DNA of 64,000 bases from a candidate division LCP-89 bacterium (GTDB lineage: Bacteria > Electryoneota > B3-LCP): NCBI GenBank assembly GCA_025774555.1, contig JALGVT010000006.1, forward strand, positions 46,158 to 110,157. Direction: 5' to 3'. This document shows positions 37,701 to 47,824 of this stretch, one piece after another. A program made the position numbers and the translations under genes. The notes under the pieces were generated by a model that worked only from the letters and a program-made list of their open reading frames with translations, ran no database searches and was not told where the DNA came from. Numbering within the stretch: position 1 is the stretch's first letter; each line of letters opens with the position of its first letter.

Positions 37701-39725
37701 TTATTGTTCTTCTGTATCCCAGCCGCCCCAACGGAACATCTGTTCCGCGAAATCTTCCGGATAGGTGATATCGGCATCAGTTATTCCGCCCATTGAATTT
37801 ATTACCGGTTGAATTTCCGGCATAATGAGAGCCTCACGCTCGATAACGTAGGATTCAACGCGTTTCTTCCTGCTCTGCCGGGCGTCCGTTATTACAGGCT
37901 CACGACTGATTTCTGCGACGATCTTAGCAATTTTACTGCTGCTATTGTCAGTGAGTATTTCATTCATCTGAATCGCAAATTCGATTGTTTTTTCGCGTAT
38001 TGGTCCTTTATCTGAAATGCGGCAGTTTTTACGCCCATTATCCTCAATGAGTTCGATAACATCTTCATTAACAAAGTAATTGCCGATCAACAACGTGGCG
38101 AGGCTTTCTATATCTATAACGCTTTTATTCTGAATTGTCAAGCTGCTTGAGTACCTTTTACCAAATCGGCGAAACACCTCTTGCGCCGCTTCGATATTGG
38201 GGGGAGAATCATTCTTTACCAAAGATGGATCGGTCAGCATCCAGATTACAGCCAATTCCCGCAGGGTATATTCTATTACTGACCGATTGAACTTATCGCC
38301 TTTCTGATGAAAAGGTATGGATGGAACAGGGCGGGGCTCCAATCCCACCGCGTATCGGGCTAACGCTTCGCGAATACCTAAATCTTTATAAAGAAATGTT
38401 TCGGGTTCGTCCTTCTGCCTGGCTGCACCTATAGTGGCTTGCGCTTTTAAACGTGCTTCGATCACGTTTGTAAATATAAAACTTCGGCTCTGGCTCTTAT
38501 GATCCTGAAGCGGCGGGTCTATGTAGATATCGGGACAGAGCGGAGCATTATTGCCAATGGCGGTCAGAAGCTGTACAGCTCGGATATCTTGACGTTCCTC
38601 TGGATAAATGGCCAGATCACCGCCGGGGAATGATCCTCGAAGAGTGGTGAATTGTTTAAGCAGTCGGTTCACATTTTCTTGCGCTGCATCGTCTCTGATA
38701 AACATTAATCCTGTCCATAATCCTTTTTGACCCAAAGGATCGTAGCGTCTGTCGTTGAATCCGAGCACGAAATCGACAGGTGGATTGGATTTGCGTTGAT
38801 GAAGAGACGCTGCTTCACAGCGCACCGGATTACCCGTGCGGAAGTAGGCGAGGAGATTATCAATAACGGGAGCATATTCGACAGATAGATAAGGTCTCGC
38901 TTTTTCCAGGTTCTCCACAACCTTTTCGAGTTCAGCGGCATAGGGTCCTGGAGCGAAAGTCTCGTCGCCGGTGCGATAAACCAATTCGACGATTTTATCC
39001 CGTCTGACTGCCAGCCTGGAATTATGTGGAAAGCGGGCGGGGAAGTTGCGGGCTTCATCTAAACTGACGTCTTCGTAGAAATTGACAGGCGAGTGTATTC
39101 CTGATTTTGTTGGATCGCTAAACAGAATAGGATCGACTGAGGGCATGAAGAAGTTAGTCTTCAGCCAATCCAGTTTCAGGCTGACTTCTAACAGGGTGCC
39201 AATTTTCCCACCGGTATTGGCTAAAGCCACAAAGGTCAACGACGGTATGATTCGCCCGTCAATGGATGTCGAAAGTTTTCTTAAAGTCAGCAGGTCGTAG
39301 AACCCGTTATGAATCCAGAATTTCTTTAAGAATACCCAATAGGGATCGGTGAATTTCTTCTGTGCGCCGTAGCTGATCCCCTTTCCGATATCCTCGAAGA
39401 ACCTGCGCATCTCCACATTTCTCGGATGGATCTGGTCGTAGGGAATATCACGGCTCGCCAGAATCGCCTCTGATATATAATAAGCGGCTATTCTATCGTT
39501 AAGAGAGAGATCGTTGAATGCAGGCGTATGCAGCTGCAGAACAGCCACGTTTTCTACCTGCTCTATAATCCCACTCGGGTGCTCAGCTCTCGATTCCAGT
39601 TCACTTTTCTTATGGCAGCCAATCAGCCCCCAAAGAATGCACACCAAGAAGAGAGCGATAACCCCTGTCATGTGAGTTGAAGAAATTTTCATTTTTATTC
39701 TCACCATAAAAGTTATAATATACAA
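37701..39725 (-). CDS. Peptidase M49 (DPP III)-like lipoprotein, apparently lacking the zinc motif
   Basis: Lipobox LIGC; RDIPYDQ, NFYEDVS, NSRL..ELVYR, YFRTG resemble bacterial DPP III; no HExxGH. True start is probably a later Met. Confidence 0.7.
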   Translation of the reverse strand: MYIITFMVRIKMKISSTHMTGVIALFLVCILWGLIGCHKKSELESRAEHPSGIIEQVENVAVLQLHTPAFNDLSLNDRIAAYYISEAILASRDIPYDQIHPRNVEMRRFFEDIGKGISYGAQKKFTDPYWVFLKKFWIHNGFYDLLTLRKLSTSIDGRIIPSLTFVALANTGGKIGTLLEVSLKLDWLKTNFFMPSVDPILFSDPTKSGIHSPVNFYEDVSLDEARNFPARFPHNSRLAVRRDKIVELVYRTGDETFAPGPYAAELEKVVENLEKARPYLSVEYAPVIDNLLAYFRTGNPVRCEAASLHQRKSNPPVDFVLGFNDRRYDPLGQKGLWTGLMFIRDDAAQENVNRLLKQFTTLRGSFPGGDLAIYPEERQDIRAVQLLTAIGNNAPLCPDIYIDPPLQDHKSQSRSFIFTNVIEARLKAQATIGAARQKDEPETFLYKDLGIREALARYAVGLEPRPVPSIPFHQKGDKFNRSVIEYTLRELAVIWMLTDPSLVKNDSPPNIEAAQEVFRRFGKRYSSSLTIQNKSVIDIESLATLLIGNYFVNEDVIELIEDNGRKNCRISDKGPIREKTIEFAIQMNEILTDNSSSKIAKIVAEISREPVITDARQSRKKRVESYVIEREALIMPEIQPVINSMGGITDADITYPEDFAEQMFRWGGWDTEEQ

Positions 39726-39793
39726 AAAGTCCCTACAGATGGCAAAAGGTTTTCCAAGATTCTGAATTGGTAAAGTTGCGCTGCTGATTAAAC

Positions 39794-39832
39794 GAAAAAA
39801 GCCGCGCTGAAATAAGAACAGTGCGGCTTTTT
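39794..39832. terminator. Terminator hairpin
   Basis: AAAAAAGCCGC..GCGGCTTTTT. Confidence 0.7.
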
Positions 39833-39892
39833 ATATAATCAAACGAGCTGAATTCTATACGAATAGCAGAGAGATACGGCTCTTTTAATTTC

Positions 39893-40399
39893 TCAGACTT
39901 TTATCTGCGAATTAACGATAAAATCGACAAGAGAGCTGATATCGTGTTCAAGCTTGACCATTGCTGTCCCGGGGTCCTGCAGTGCATCATTGCGCGTCAA
40001 CAATACGTTGGGAGCTTCGCGCGAACCCACCAGATAACAGTAATGGCTCATGGGTATTGATTTCGTCATGCGTCTCAAGTTTTCTCTCGAAAACTTTTCT
40101 CCCCAGGTATTCCGTCCGGTTTCGAGTGCAATATTCCAGAGTTTTTCCGAAACGTAAAACATTCCCTCAACATGCTGTTTTACTGAGCTGTGATCCCGTT
40201 TTGAAATAGGCACGACTTCTCTCAGTTGACCGAGCAGGTCGTAATTCAGCGGCGTATCGGTAAAATCCTGCAGAATGCTATCAAGCCGTTTAGCCGTATC
40301 TTTTTCCAGATAGTAGAACCTCATGCGCTTTATCGCTGTTAGTTCTCGGGGTTGGACAGTTTCAAGATTGTTGATTGCTTCCATGATAGTGACACTCAC
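39893..40399 (-). CDS. Hypothetical protein
   Basis: 168 aa ORF filling an otherwise empty interval, followed by a terminator; no motif recognised. Confidence 0.65.
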   Translation of the reverse strand: MSVTIMEAINNLETVQPRELTAIKRMRFYYLEKDTAKRLDSILQDFTDTPLNYDLLGQLREVVPISKRDHSSVKQHVEGMFYVSEKLWNIALETGRNTWGEKFSRENLRRMTKSIPMSHYCYLVGSREAPNVLLTRNDALQDPGTAMVKLEHDISSLVDFIVNSQIKV

Positions 40400-40627
40400 A
40401 ACCGCGTTAATCTCTTCTAAAATTTATAGCAGCGCAGCGCTGCTACGATTAACACATACTAATTTGATCCACTAATAATATAATAAATTATTCATTAATA
40501 GTCAATAGGAAGTCAGAATATTCTAACGGTTCAAAGATGATATGCGGCACTTCTAACCTGATAGGAATAATCATCCAGTGAGGCGAGATGAATTGCGTAA
40601 GTTGAGACTGTTGAAATATACCTATTT

Positions 40628-40660
40628 TGTCATTCCTGATTGCCCCTTCGGGGGAATCCA
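40628..40660 (+). repeat. REP-like element TGTCATTCC..GGGGAATCCA
   Basis: Related to 1422-1469 and 49738-49766. Confidence 0.65.
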
Positions 40661-40796
40661 GTTACATAAATGGAGTACCATTTTACAGTATGTACAGCAG
40701 GTTAATTATTGCCGATTATTTGCACGGAATGGCAGTTAAAGAAAGGGCGCACAAGCGTGCGCCCCTACTTTTTAGCTTTAAGTTTTACGCTTTAAG

Positions 40797-42854
40797 CTAT
40801 TTCATCAGTACCATCTTACCAGTGGCGGAGAAATCACCAGCAGACAGACGGTAAATATAGACGCCTGAAGCTAAGTTCGATGCATCGAAGATAACTTCGT
40901 GCACGCCTGCTTCACGGCTGCCATCGACCAGTGTATTCACCAGCCTGCCGTTGACGTCATAGACGCTCAACATCACTTTGCCTGCTGCGGGCAGAGCGTA
41001 ACTGATGTTTGCAGTCGGGTTGAAGGGGTTGGGATAGCTGCCCAGCAGCGCATATTCTGATGGCAGATCCATTCCTCCGGTGATAACCTCGTCGAACGGG
41101 TTAGGCGCTCCAGCAACCGGGAACGGCACGAAGCCTTCCACGTAGTCTGAACCGGATTTGACGAACGGGAAACTGTCTTCTTCCCATGCAATACCAGGAT
41201 TGACGCCGACTTTACAACCGAAGGTGTAGTTACCAGCTGCCCAGGAACCGGGCACCGGGTAGTACATGCCCGGACGATTGATCGCCCAGCCTGACTGGTA
41301 ATTGTCGAAGTGGCGCATTACCAGAGTTGTTGGGGTTCCACCTTCAAACGCGGATTCCAACCAGACGTCGATGTCTTGAGCGGAACCACTGACGTTCGCC
41401 ATGTAGACGTCGAAGTTCAGGTTGCCGCCGCCTGCCGGAACCGGAGAACCTGACACGTAGGTCAAGGTTATATCGAAATCGGGATAGGCAGCGCCTTCAC
41501 CGAGGGTTGCGCGAATGCCCCAGTCGTTGGCACCGGGATCTGCGTTGTAACCACCTGTTAAGGAACAATCCCATGCCTGAGCGGACGAGGGATAACCGTC
41601 CGTACCCAACGCTGAAGTCGAAGGACCATTTTCGAAGATGTAGAAGACGTAGAAAGCGCCGGTTACCGAGGCGTTCACGTCGAAGTCATTCCAACCGTCT
41701 GCCATTACCTGGACAGTTTCGAAGAGAACTGCGCCCGGAGCATCACCGGTATCATCCATGACTTTAACGCGAGCTGCCAGATCGCCAGTTGAAAAACTGA
41801 CCTCGATAGATACGGATGCGAGATCATAGGCACCGCTCTGCTGCGGGTCGAATCTCATGCCCCAGCCATCACCGATGGTTGACGTGTAAGCATGACCGTC
41901 AATTACCGTATCGTCGTAACGTAATTCTACGTTCGGCGGAGGAGTGGTGTAGACCTGGGTTTCTGTTGACATCGCATTATTGTCAGGGTTGACGTCGCCG
42001 GGGAAGTAGGCAACAACGTCGATCCGGTAGCGGTCATCAGTATTCCATGTGTAAGCTGGGAATGTGATGTTTGTTGTCGCACCAGGAGCCAGCATGACAC
42101 TCTGAAGCGCAAGCGAATCGAAGAAGGTGTAAGTCACGTCATCGATTTCAGTATAGATGTGGCAGCCCACATCGAAACTTGAAGGTGTTGCGCTATTGTT
42201 TCCTACCTGAGCGCTGACCGAGAAACTGCTGCCGTTTGTGACGAAGTAGTTCTCACCATGCCAGACAGAATCTACAGAAACGTCAACGATAGCTGAAAGA
42301 TACTCGCCAACCGCACGAATGAAGTTATCGCCAGGAGAACTAGACCAGGTTGTCCCTGTCTGGAAATAAGAACGCTGCGGTATAACCGGCGCATAGTCGA
42401 ACGTTTCGTAAGGAGGACCCACGGACGTAAATTTAATCCAGAAGTCCGTACCTGCGGTGAAGGTGTAAGCTCCCGTTACCGTATCAATGATGGTTGGTAT
42501 CCAGGTAGATGCTGAAGGAATCACAGCGGTTCCTGACCAGAGCACGGTGCCCGGGAGACCTGCAGCATCATCACATACGTACAGGTCCACTGTGCCGGTG
42601 CTGTTAAAAGCCAATCCGGCTGCTTGCAACTCAAAGTCGGCAAGCGGGGTGAATCTGGTGGCTTCACTGAAGTTGTTGAATCCGCCGTACCACCACGCTG
42701 TAGTGTTGTCATCGTAGTAGATGGTATCTTCGAAAGTATCCATCATAGGCGGCGAATTTAATTTTACTCTCTGTTCCTGCAGTAAGGGGATTGCCACTGC
42801 TACAGAAACCATCAAGACCATTACAAGCGCTAAAGCTGTTAGTTTGCGCATCAT
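40797..42854 (-). CDS. Secreted multidomain protein with C-terminal T9SS-A/FlgD-like sorting domain
   Basis: Signal peptide MMRKLTALAL; two Y[YR]YDD..RF[TD]P beta-domain repeats; CARDB-like domain; C-terminal YPNPFNP..LASGVYIYRL..KMVLMK. Confidence 0.88.
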   Translation of the reverse strand: MMRKLTALALVMVLMVSVAVAIPLLQEQRVKLNSPPMMDTFEDTIYYDDNTTAWWYGGFNNFSEATRFTPLADFELQAAGLAFNSTGTVDLYVCDDAAGLPGTVLWSGTAVIPSASTWIPTIIDTVTGAYTFTAGTDFWIKFTSVGPPYETFDYAPVIPQRSYFQTGTTWSSSPGDNFIRAVGEYLSAIVDVSVDSVWHGENYFVTNGSSFSVSAQVGNNSATPSSFDVGCHIYTEIDDVTYTFFDSLALQSVMLAPGATTNITFPAYTWNTDDRYRIDVVAYFPGDVNPDNNAMSTETQVYTTPPPNVELRYDDTVIDGHAYTSTIGDGWGMRFDPQQSGAYDLASVSIEVSFSTGDLAARVKVMDDTGDAPGAVLFETVQVMADGWNDFDVNASVTGAFYVFYIFENGPSTSALGTDGYPSSAQAWDCSLTGGYNADPGANDWGIRATLGEGAAYPDFDITLTYVSGSPVPAGGGNLNFDVYMANVSGSAQDIDVWLESAFEGGTPTTLVMRHFDNYQSGWAINRPGMYYPVPGSWAAGNYTFGCKVGVNPGIAWEEDSFPFVKSGSDYVEGFVPFPVAGAPNPFDEVITGGMDLPSEYALLGSYPNPFNPTANISYALPAAGKVMLSVYDVNGRLVNTLVDGSREAGVHEVIFDASNLASGVYIYRLSAGDFSATGKMVLMK

Positions 42855-43132
42855 AGTTATGCCTCCGATATTTTGCATGTTTAGTTAGTTACTAAATTGA
42901 AGACCTATATTAGTATTCCCGAGCAGTACCTCCTTTCAGTGACTCTTTTCGTAGATGGGACGTTATATTTACATCCTGTAATTACAGAAGGACTTATAAT
43001 ATACTAATAAGTTATGGAAAAGTCAAGTTTTTTTTTAAAATCGACTCGATTTTCTAAAAAACTACTTATATAATAGTATTATGGCTTGTAGTCAAAGTTC
43101 GTCGATACCTAAACTTATTTTAATAACGGTTG

Positions 43133-43816
43133 TTATTTCAGTTTTCCTTTTCTATAACTGTTGACAGCGAGATGAGCGAGACGTGTAGGCTCTGGAAGTC
43201 TCCTGCCGTTGCAGCATGACATGATTACACGCCTTGAACCATCGACGTCAATCAAATGACCTGGAGAGACATAAACCGGTTTGACCCGGGTTCGGGTGCG
43301 AAGGATCAGTCCTACAGTTCTATCTTTATATTCCAGTAATTCATAATCGCCGGCGTTTATATTCGGATCAGGAGCTTTACCGATGAGTCTTGACTTGGCA
43401 CAGCCGACAGTCGGGAGGTTGACCCAGAGCCCTAAATGGCAAGCAAGACCGAAGAATCGAGGGTGCGCCAAACCCTGCCCGTCACAAATAATCAGATCAG
43501 GAACCGTCTGCAGTTTCTTCAGGGCTTCCAGAATAACCGGCAGTTCCCGGAATGACAGCAGACCCGGGACATAAGGCAGATTCACGGTTGATACGGCAAA
43601 CGACCGCTCAACAATGTCGAATTGAGGTAATTTAATGACAACCGCCGCCGCCCATACAGGACCCACCGAGCTGACTCCTGAGACGTCAACACCGGCAATT
43701 GTCGTCAATCGAACATTAGATTTACCTTCCAGGATAATTCGGCTTGCAAGGGATTTCTGTATCTCGATTGCTTTGGAAGGTTCATCGACCCAGTGGTGAA
43801 GATCAATTATTTTCAT
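43133..43816 (-). CDS. nfi: Endonuclease V
   Basis: AGVDVS, PYVPGLLSFRE, DGQGLAHPR.FGLACHLG, GCAKS, YVSPGH, RLPEPTR. Confidence 0.97.
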   Translation of the reverse strand: MKIIDLHHWVDEPSKAIEIQKSLASRIILEGKSNVRLTTIAGVDVSGVSSVGPVWAAAVVIKLPQFDIVERSFAVSTVNLPYVPGLLSFRELPVILEALKKLQTVPDLIICDGQGLAHPRFFGLACHLGLWVNLPTVGCAKSRLIGKAPDPNINAGDYELLEYKDRTVGLILRTRTRVKPVYVSPGHLIDVDGSRRVIMSCCNGRRLPEPTRLAHLAVNSYRKGKLK

Positions 43817-44038
43817 TGAGACGCTAAGGGCTGTGTGGGAAGTGAGTTTTTCGTTGTGTGAAATAAAAAGTAATATGCACAAAGTGCTATGTCAAGCGAG
43901 AAGATAATTATCTTCCTACTAATCGACGGTTTTCTGCGGGAAGGCTGAATCAACCAGAATTTTAATTGACAATTAGAGGCAGCGGTGCTTATATTCTAAC
44001 GATCAACACTACCTACTCCAGGAAATTAATAGTAATTC

Positions 44039-45232
44039 ATGGCTGCTGATTCTCTAACAATTGATAGGACTGTTCTCGATCTCTTAAGACGGATAGATTT
44101 TTTACACGTCTTGAAGATGGAGGATTTAGAATTTCTAAGCACGCTGGTATTTGAAAAAACCGTTGAGCCGGAGGAAATTGTCTTTAGAAAGGATGATCTC
44201 CCGGATGCGTTTTACATTCTTGCCAGCGGCAGCGTGGAGATCATTTCGGAATCCTTGGAAGAGCCGGAAGTCATCGCGACTTTAGGGCGCGCCGGTGATT
44301 ACTTTGGTGAGATTGGGCTGATCGATGATAGTCCGAGACCGGCAACTGTGAAAGCAGCGGATCAATCCAGATTACTGGTTCTCACACGGGATGATTTTAA
44401 CAGGCTCAGGGATGAGAATGCGATTGTATTTCACGAAATAAGTAATGTCCTGGCGCACGGATTAAGACAGAGCGACAGTCGTTATACTGAGACAATATTA
44501 AAGAAAAACAGACAGTTAGCAGAAGCAATTAAGAACCTCAAAGAGGCGCAGGAAGAACTACTTCGGCAGGAGCGGCTATCTCTGGTCGGGAGATTGGCTT
44601 CCGGGATTATTCACGATCTTAAAAAGCCGATGACCTGTATCAGCGGTTATGCGCAATTGTTGGAGGTAAAGGCTGTTAAGGACGACAAGCGCAGGAGATA
44701 CGCGGAGAAGATCACTCAGGAAGTCCACCGTCTTGTCGATATGGTCAACGAAATCCTCCAATTCGCCCGCGGCGAACAGAAGATTTCACCGACAAATGTT
44801 AATCTTGAAGAATGGCTTAATGACGTTGTAGGGTTGCTTGAACGTGATTTTAGAGAATGTAATATCAAGTTCAAGAAAACCATAACCTACAAGGAAGATC
44901 TCTTCATTGACTGCGAGAAATTTAAAAGCGTGTTCTTCAACATTGCCGGAAATGCTGTTACCGCTATGCCTGACGGCGGAATATTCACATTTAAGTGCTC
45001 TCAAAAAGGCGATAAAGTCAAGCTTGACTTCATCGATAACGGTCTTGGCATGGGAGAAGATGCAAAAGCGCATGTTTTTAAAGATTTTTTTTCGCAGTCG
45101 AAAGATGGCACGGGACTGGGAATGGCGATAGTTAAGCGGATTGTCGAAGCTCACGGAGGAACGATTTCCGTCGAAAGCGAGTTAAGTAGAGGGACTAAAT
45201 TCACTATCCTTCTGCCTCTGGAAGAGCCATGA
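44039..45232 (+). CDS. Cyclic-nucleotide-binding domain histidine kinase
   Basis: GDYFGEIGLIDDSPRPATV (cNMP), IIHDLKKP (H-box), GTGLG. Confidence 0.93.
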   Translation: MAADSLTIDRTVLDLLRRIDFLHVLKMEDLEFLSTLVFEKTVEPEEIVFRKDDLPDAFYILASGSVEIISESLEEPEVIATLGRAGDYFGEIGLIDDSPRPATVKAADQSRLLVLTRDDFNRLRDENAIVFHEISNVLAHGLRQSDSRYTETILKKNRQLAEAIKNLKEAQEELLRQERLSLVGRLASGIIHDLKKPMTCISGYAQLLEVKAVKDDKRRRYAEKITQEVHRLVDMVNEILQFARGEQKISPTNVNLEEWLNDVVGLLERDFRECNIKFKKTITYKEDLFIDCEKFKSVFFNIAGNAVTAMPDGGIFTFKCSQKGDKVKLDFIDNGLGMGEDAKAHVFKDFFSQSKDGTGLGMAIVKRIVEAHGGTISVESELSRGTKFTILLPLEEP

Positions 45233-46998
45233 CCAAAAGCTGCCGTTTAATATTCCTCTTTACTCTCACACTCACATTCATCAGCTTCTCAGCAATTACT
45301 CATACCGGAAATACCGCACCTAAGTTTAAGGAAAAACTCTACTCCAATTCCTTTCTCCTTGAAGAACCCACCATAGAAATCTCACCGCAAGGCATTGTTA
45401 CGGTCATATTCAATACAAAAAAAACCTGCAAAGGCGGTGAAGCATTCATTGGCATATTCCCTGATGACCTGGAACTGCGGTATCCGGTTCTCCGCAAGCG
45501 GGGAAAAATGGAACTCGTGAATTCCACAACAGTCAAAGTGAAGTTTCAAATTGCCAAGCTTGAAAATAAAGGCTGTGATATAAACCAACAGCGTCAGAAG
45601 CGTCAAGGTGATCTCAGTTTCAGGTGCATTCTTTTCGGGGAAAAGCAGCACACTTATGACCGCTGTTTCTCTTATGCACGCGACCAACAGGGCAGATACT
45701 TTCGCGCTCCTGCGATCTGCGAAGGACCGTTTATAGATTGTGTAACTGATTCGAGTGCAGTCATATCGTGGGCGTTTGATCAGTTGACAGATAGTTATTT
45801 GATTATTCAATCAGATGGATTAACAAAATTAAATCCTGAAGTGAAGCAGGAATTTGAAGTCCCCGTTTCAGGATTGCGCCCTGCTGCGACTTATCGCTAT
45901 CGAATACATTGGAGCGAGAGCGATATCCCTTTCCATAGCCGTGAATTCTCGTTTAATACTGCTCCTGAAATCGGATCCGATGAGGCTTTCAGATTCGCCG
46001 TTTTAAGCGATTCAAGGGCGACATACGGAGGCGGAGACAGATCAGTTGAGGGTGTCAATCAAACGGTAATGAATTCTTTATTGAATCAGACGTATCAGCA
46101 TAAGGTCTCTTTTATCCTTATGCCCGGTGACTTAGTTTCCGGGTACGTCAGCGATCCCGCTGAACTGGAGAATGAATTTCGATCGCTGAAGAGGATTATC
46201 GCGCCTGTTGGTTCATTGATTCCTATCTATGAAGGAATGGGCAACCATGATCTGGCGCTTCGTTTTTTCGAGGGGGATCGCTACCGTGATTTTGTCCCGA
46301 GAAGCGGAGAAGAGGCTTCCGAAGTGATTTTTGCGAAGCATTTCGTCAATCCCGAGAATGGTCCTGAGCCATATCAGTCCGTCTTTCCTCCTTATAAGGA
46401 GAATGTCTATTCCTTTGATTGGGGGAACGCTCATATAGTCATGCTTAATAACAATTACATGGAGAAAGGCGAGAGTGACTCAGTCGCGCACTTGCCCGGT
46501 GAGCTGGAAGGTGTGATACGACCTGAGCAGTTGGACTGGCTGGATAAAGATTTGCAGAATGCCAGGTCACGCGGATTAAAGCATCTTTTTGTAGCGCTGC
46601 ATGAACCGGCTTTCCCTAACAGCGCTCACGTTGAAGACGCCATGTTCTGGGATGGGGAGAGACCTGAGATTCTGAAGATGCGTGATCGGTTCTGGAAGAT
46701 TTTATGTAAATATGAGGTTCTGGCTGCATTTTTCGGGCATGAGCATAATTACAGCAGAGCACTGATAGATTCTACGGTCAATCCGGACTATAACGTCCCA
46801 ATCTGGCAGATCATCACGGGAGGAGCCGGAGGTCCTTTCTACAAAGAAGAAACTGACACCCCCTGGTCGCATACTGTTAAGAAGTTTTATCCGTTGACGC
46901 ATCTCTGTCTGCTCGAAGTTGAAGGCGACAAAGTAACACTCACGGTAAAATCCGGCGAAGGATTTGAGATTGAACGGGTGATTCTCAATGAACATTGA
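45229..46998 (+). CDS. Exported metallophosphoesterase (purple acid phosphatase-like, FN3 domain)
   Basis: SDSR, PGDLV, GMGNHD, HEP, GHEH; signal peptide. Confidence 0.9.
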   Translation: MTKSCRLIFLFTLTLTFISFSAITHTGNTAPKFKEKLYSNSFLLEEPTIEISPQGIVTVIFNTKKTCKGGEAFIGIFPDDLELRYPVLRKRGKMELVNSTTVKVKFQIAKLENKGCDINQQRQKRQGDLSFRCILFGEKQHTYDRCFSYARDQQGRYFRAPAICEGPFIDCVTDSSAVISWAFDQLTDSYLIIQSDGLTKLNPEVKQEFEVPVSGLRPAATYRYRIHWSESDIPFHSREFSFNTAPEIGSDEAFRFAVLSDSRATYGGGDRSVEGVNQTVMNSLLNQTYQHKVSFILMPGDLVSGYVSDPAELENEFRSLKRIIAPVGSLIPIYEGMGNHDLALRFFEGDRYRDFVPRSGEEASEVIFAKHFVNPENGPEPYQSVFPPYKENVYSFDWGNAHIVMLNNNYMEKGESDSVAHLPGELEGVIRPEQLDWLDKDLQNARSRGLKHLFVALHEPAFPNSAHVEDAMFWDGERPEILKMRDRFWKILCKYEVLAAFFGHEHNYSRALIDSTVNPDYNVPIWQIITGGAGGPFYKEETDTPWSHTVKKFYPLTHLCLLEVEGDKVTLTVKSGEGFEIERVILNEH

Positions 46999-47106
46999 AA
47001 TTGTATATCCGGCAGAAACCACTAATCCACTCGATGAACAATTACATAAAAATAGCTTGAAATCGAGATTAATAAATGTTATATTTCTTGGACCGTTAAT
47101 TTCAAC

Positions 47107-47178
47107 GGCCCCTTCGTCTAGTGGTTAGGACTCAGGGTTTTCGACCCTGCAACAGGGGTTCAAGTCCCCTAGGGGTCA
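47107..47178 (+). tRNA. tRNA-Glu(TTC)
   Basis: GGCCCCTTCGTCTAGTGGTTAGGACTCAGGGTT-TTC-GACCCTGCAACAGGGGTTCAAGTCCCCTAGGGGTCA; upstream TTGAAA-N17-TATATT. Confidence 0.95.
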
Positions 47179-47312
47179 CAATTCTTTCTCAGCGACACGA
47201 ATTGATTTAATTCTGCGGATCAGGTGTCCGCAGGTTCAATATATCGGCGAACCATCATATTATTATTTCATGATGTGATAGGGTCATTATAACTATTATA
47301 GGGGGTGTAGTA

Positions 47313-47684
47313 ATGAGCCGTAAAGTTCTTGTTGTCGATGACGACAACACTATCCGCGTGTTGATGCAGGATTATTTAGGTAATCTCGATTTTGAGATAT
47401 ACCATGCTTCTGACGGGAAGATAGGGTGGGATCTATTTCAAAAGCATAAGCCTGATCTGGTAATCACCGATATATTTATGCCGCAGATGACAGGAGTGGA
47501 GCTTTTAGAGGCGGTTAAATCGAGCGATCACCCTGTTCCGGTCGTGCTGATCAGCGGCGTTTCACTGTCTGATGCCGAGATTCAGATGCAGCGTGAAAGA
47601 GCGGACGGTTTCCTTGAGAAGCCGTATATGTTCTGGCAGATGAAAGACCTCATAAGCAAGCTGCTCCCTGACGCTTTGCCCTGA
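47313..47684 (+). CDS. Single-domain response regulator
   Basis: VLVVDDD, PDLVITDIFMPQMTG, FLEKP. Confidence 0.95.
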   Translation: MSRKVLVVDDDNTIRVLMQDYLGNLDFEIYHASDGKIGWDLFQKHKPDLVITDIFMPQMTGVELLEAVKSSDHPVPVVLISGVSLSDAEIQMQRERADGFLEKPYMFWQMKDLISKLLPDALP

Positions 47685-47711
47685 TAGCAGAAAAAGACTA
47701 ATCTGATCATA

Positions 47712-47740
47712 GAAAATGGCTGCCGCGGCAGCCATTTCTT
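47712..47740 (+). terminator. Terminator hairpin
   Basis: AAATGGCTGCCGCGGCAGCCATTTCTT. Confidence 0.7.
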
Positions 47741-47770
47741 GCTTTTATGAATTAAAAAAAATTATAAGAC

Positions 47771-47799
47771 TTGACAATAGCAGCGAAGTTCGTTATATT
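47771..47799 (+). promoter_or_regulatory. Sigma70-type promoter
   Basis: TTGACA-N17-TATATT, 26 bp before ATG 47825. Confidence 0.7.
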
Positions 47800-47824
47800 G
47801 AAACATGTTTTTAGGGATGCTGCT

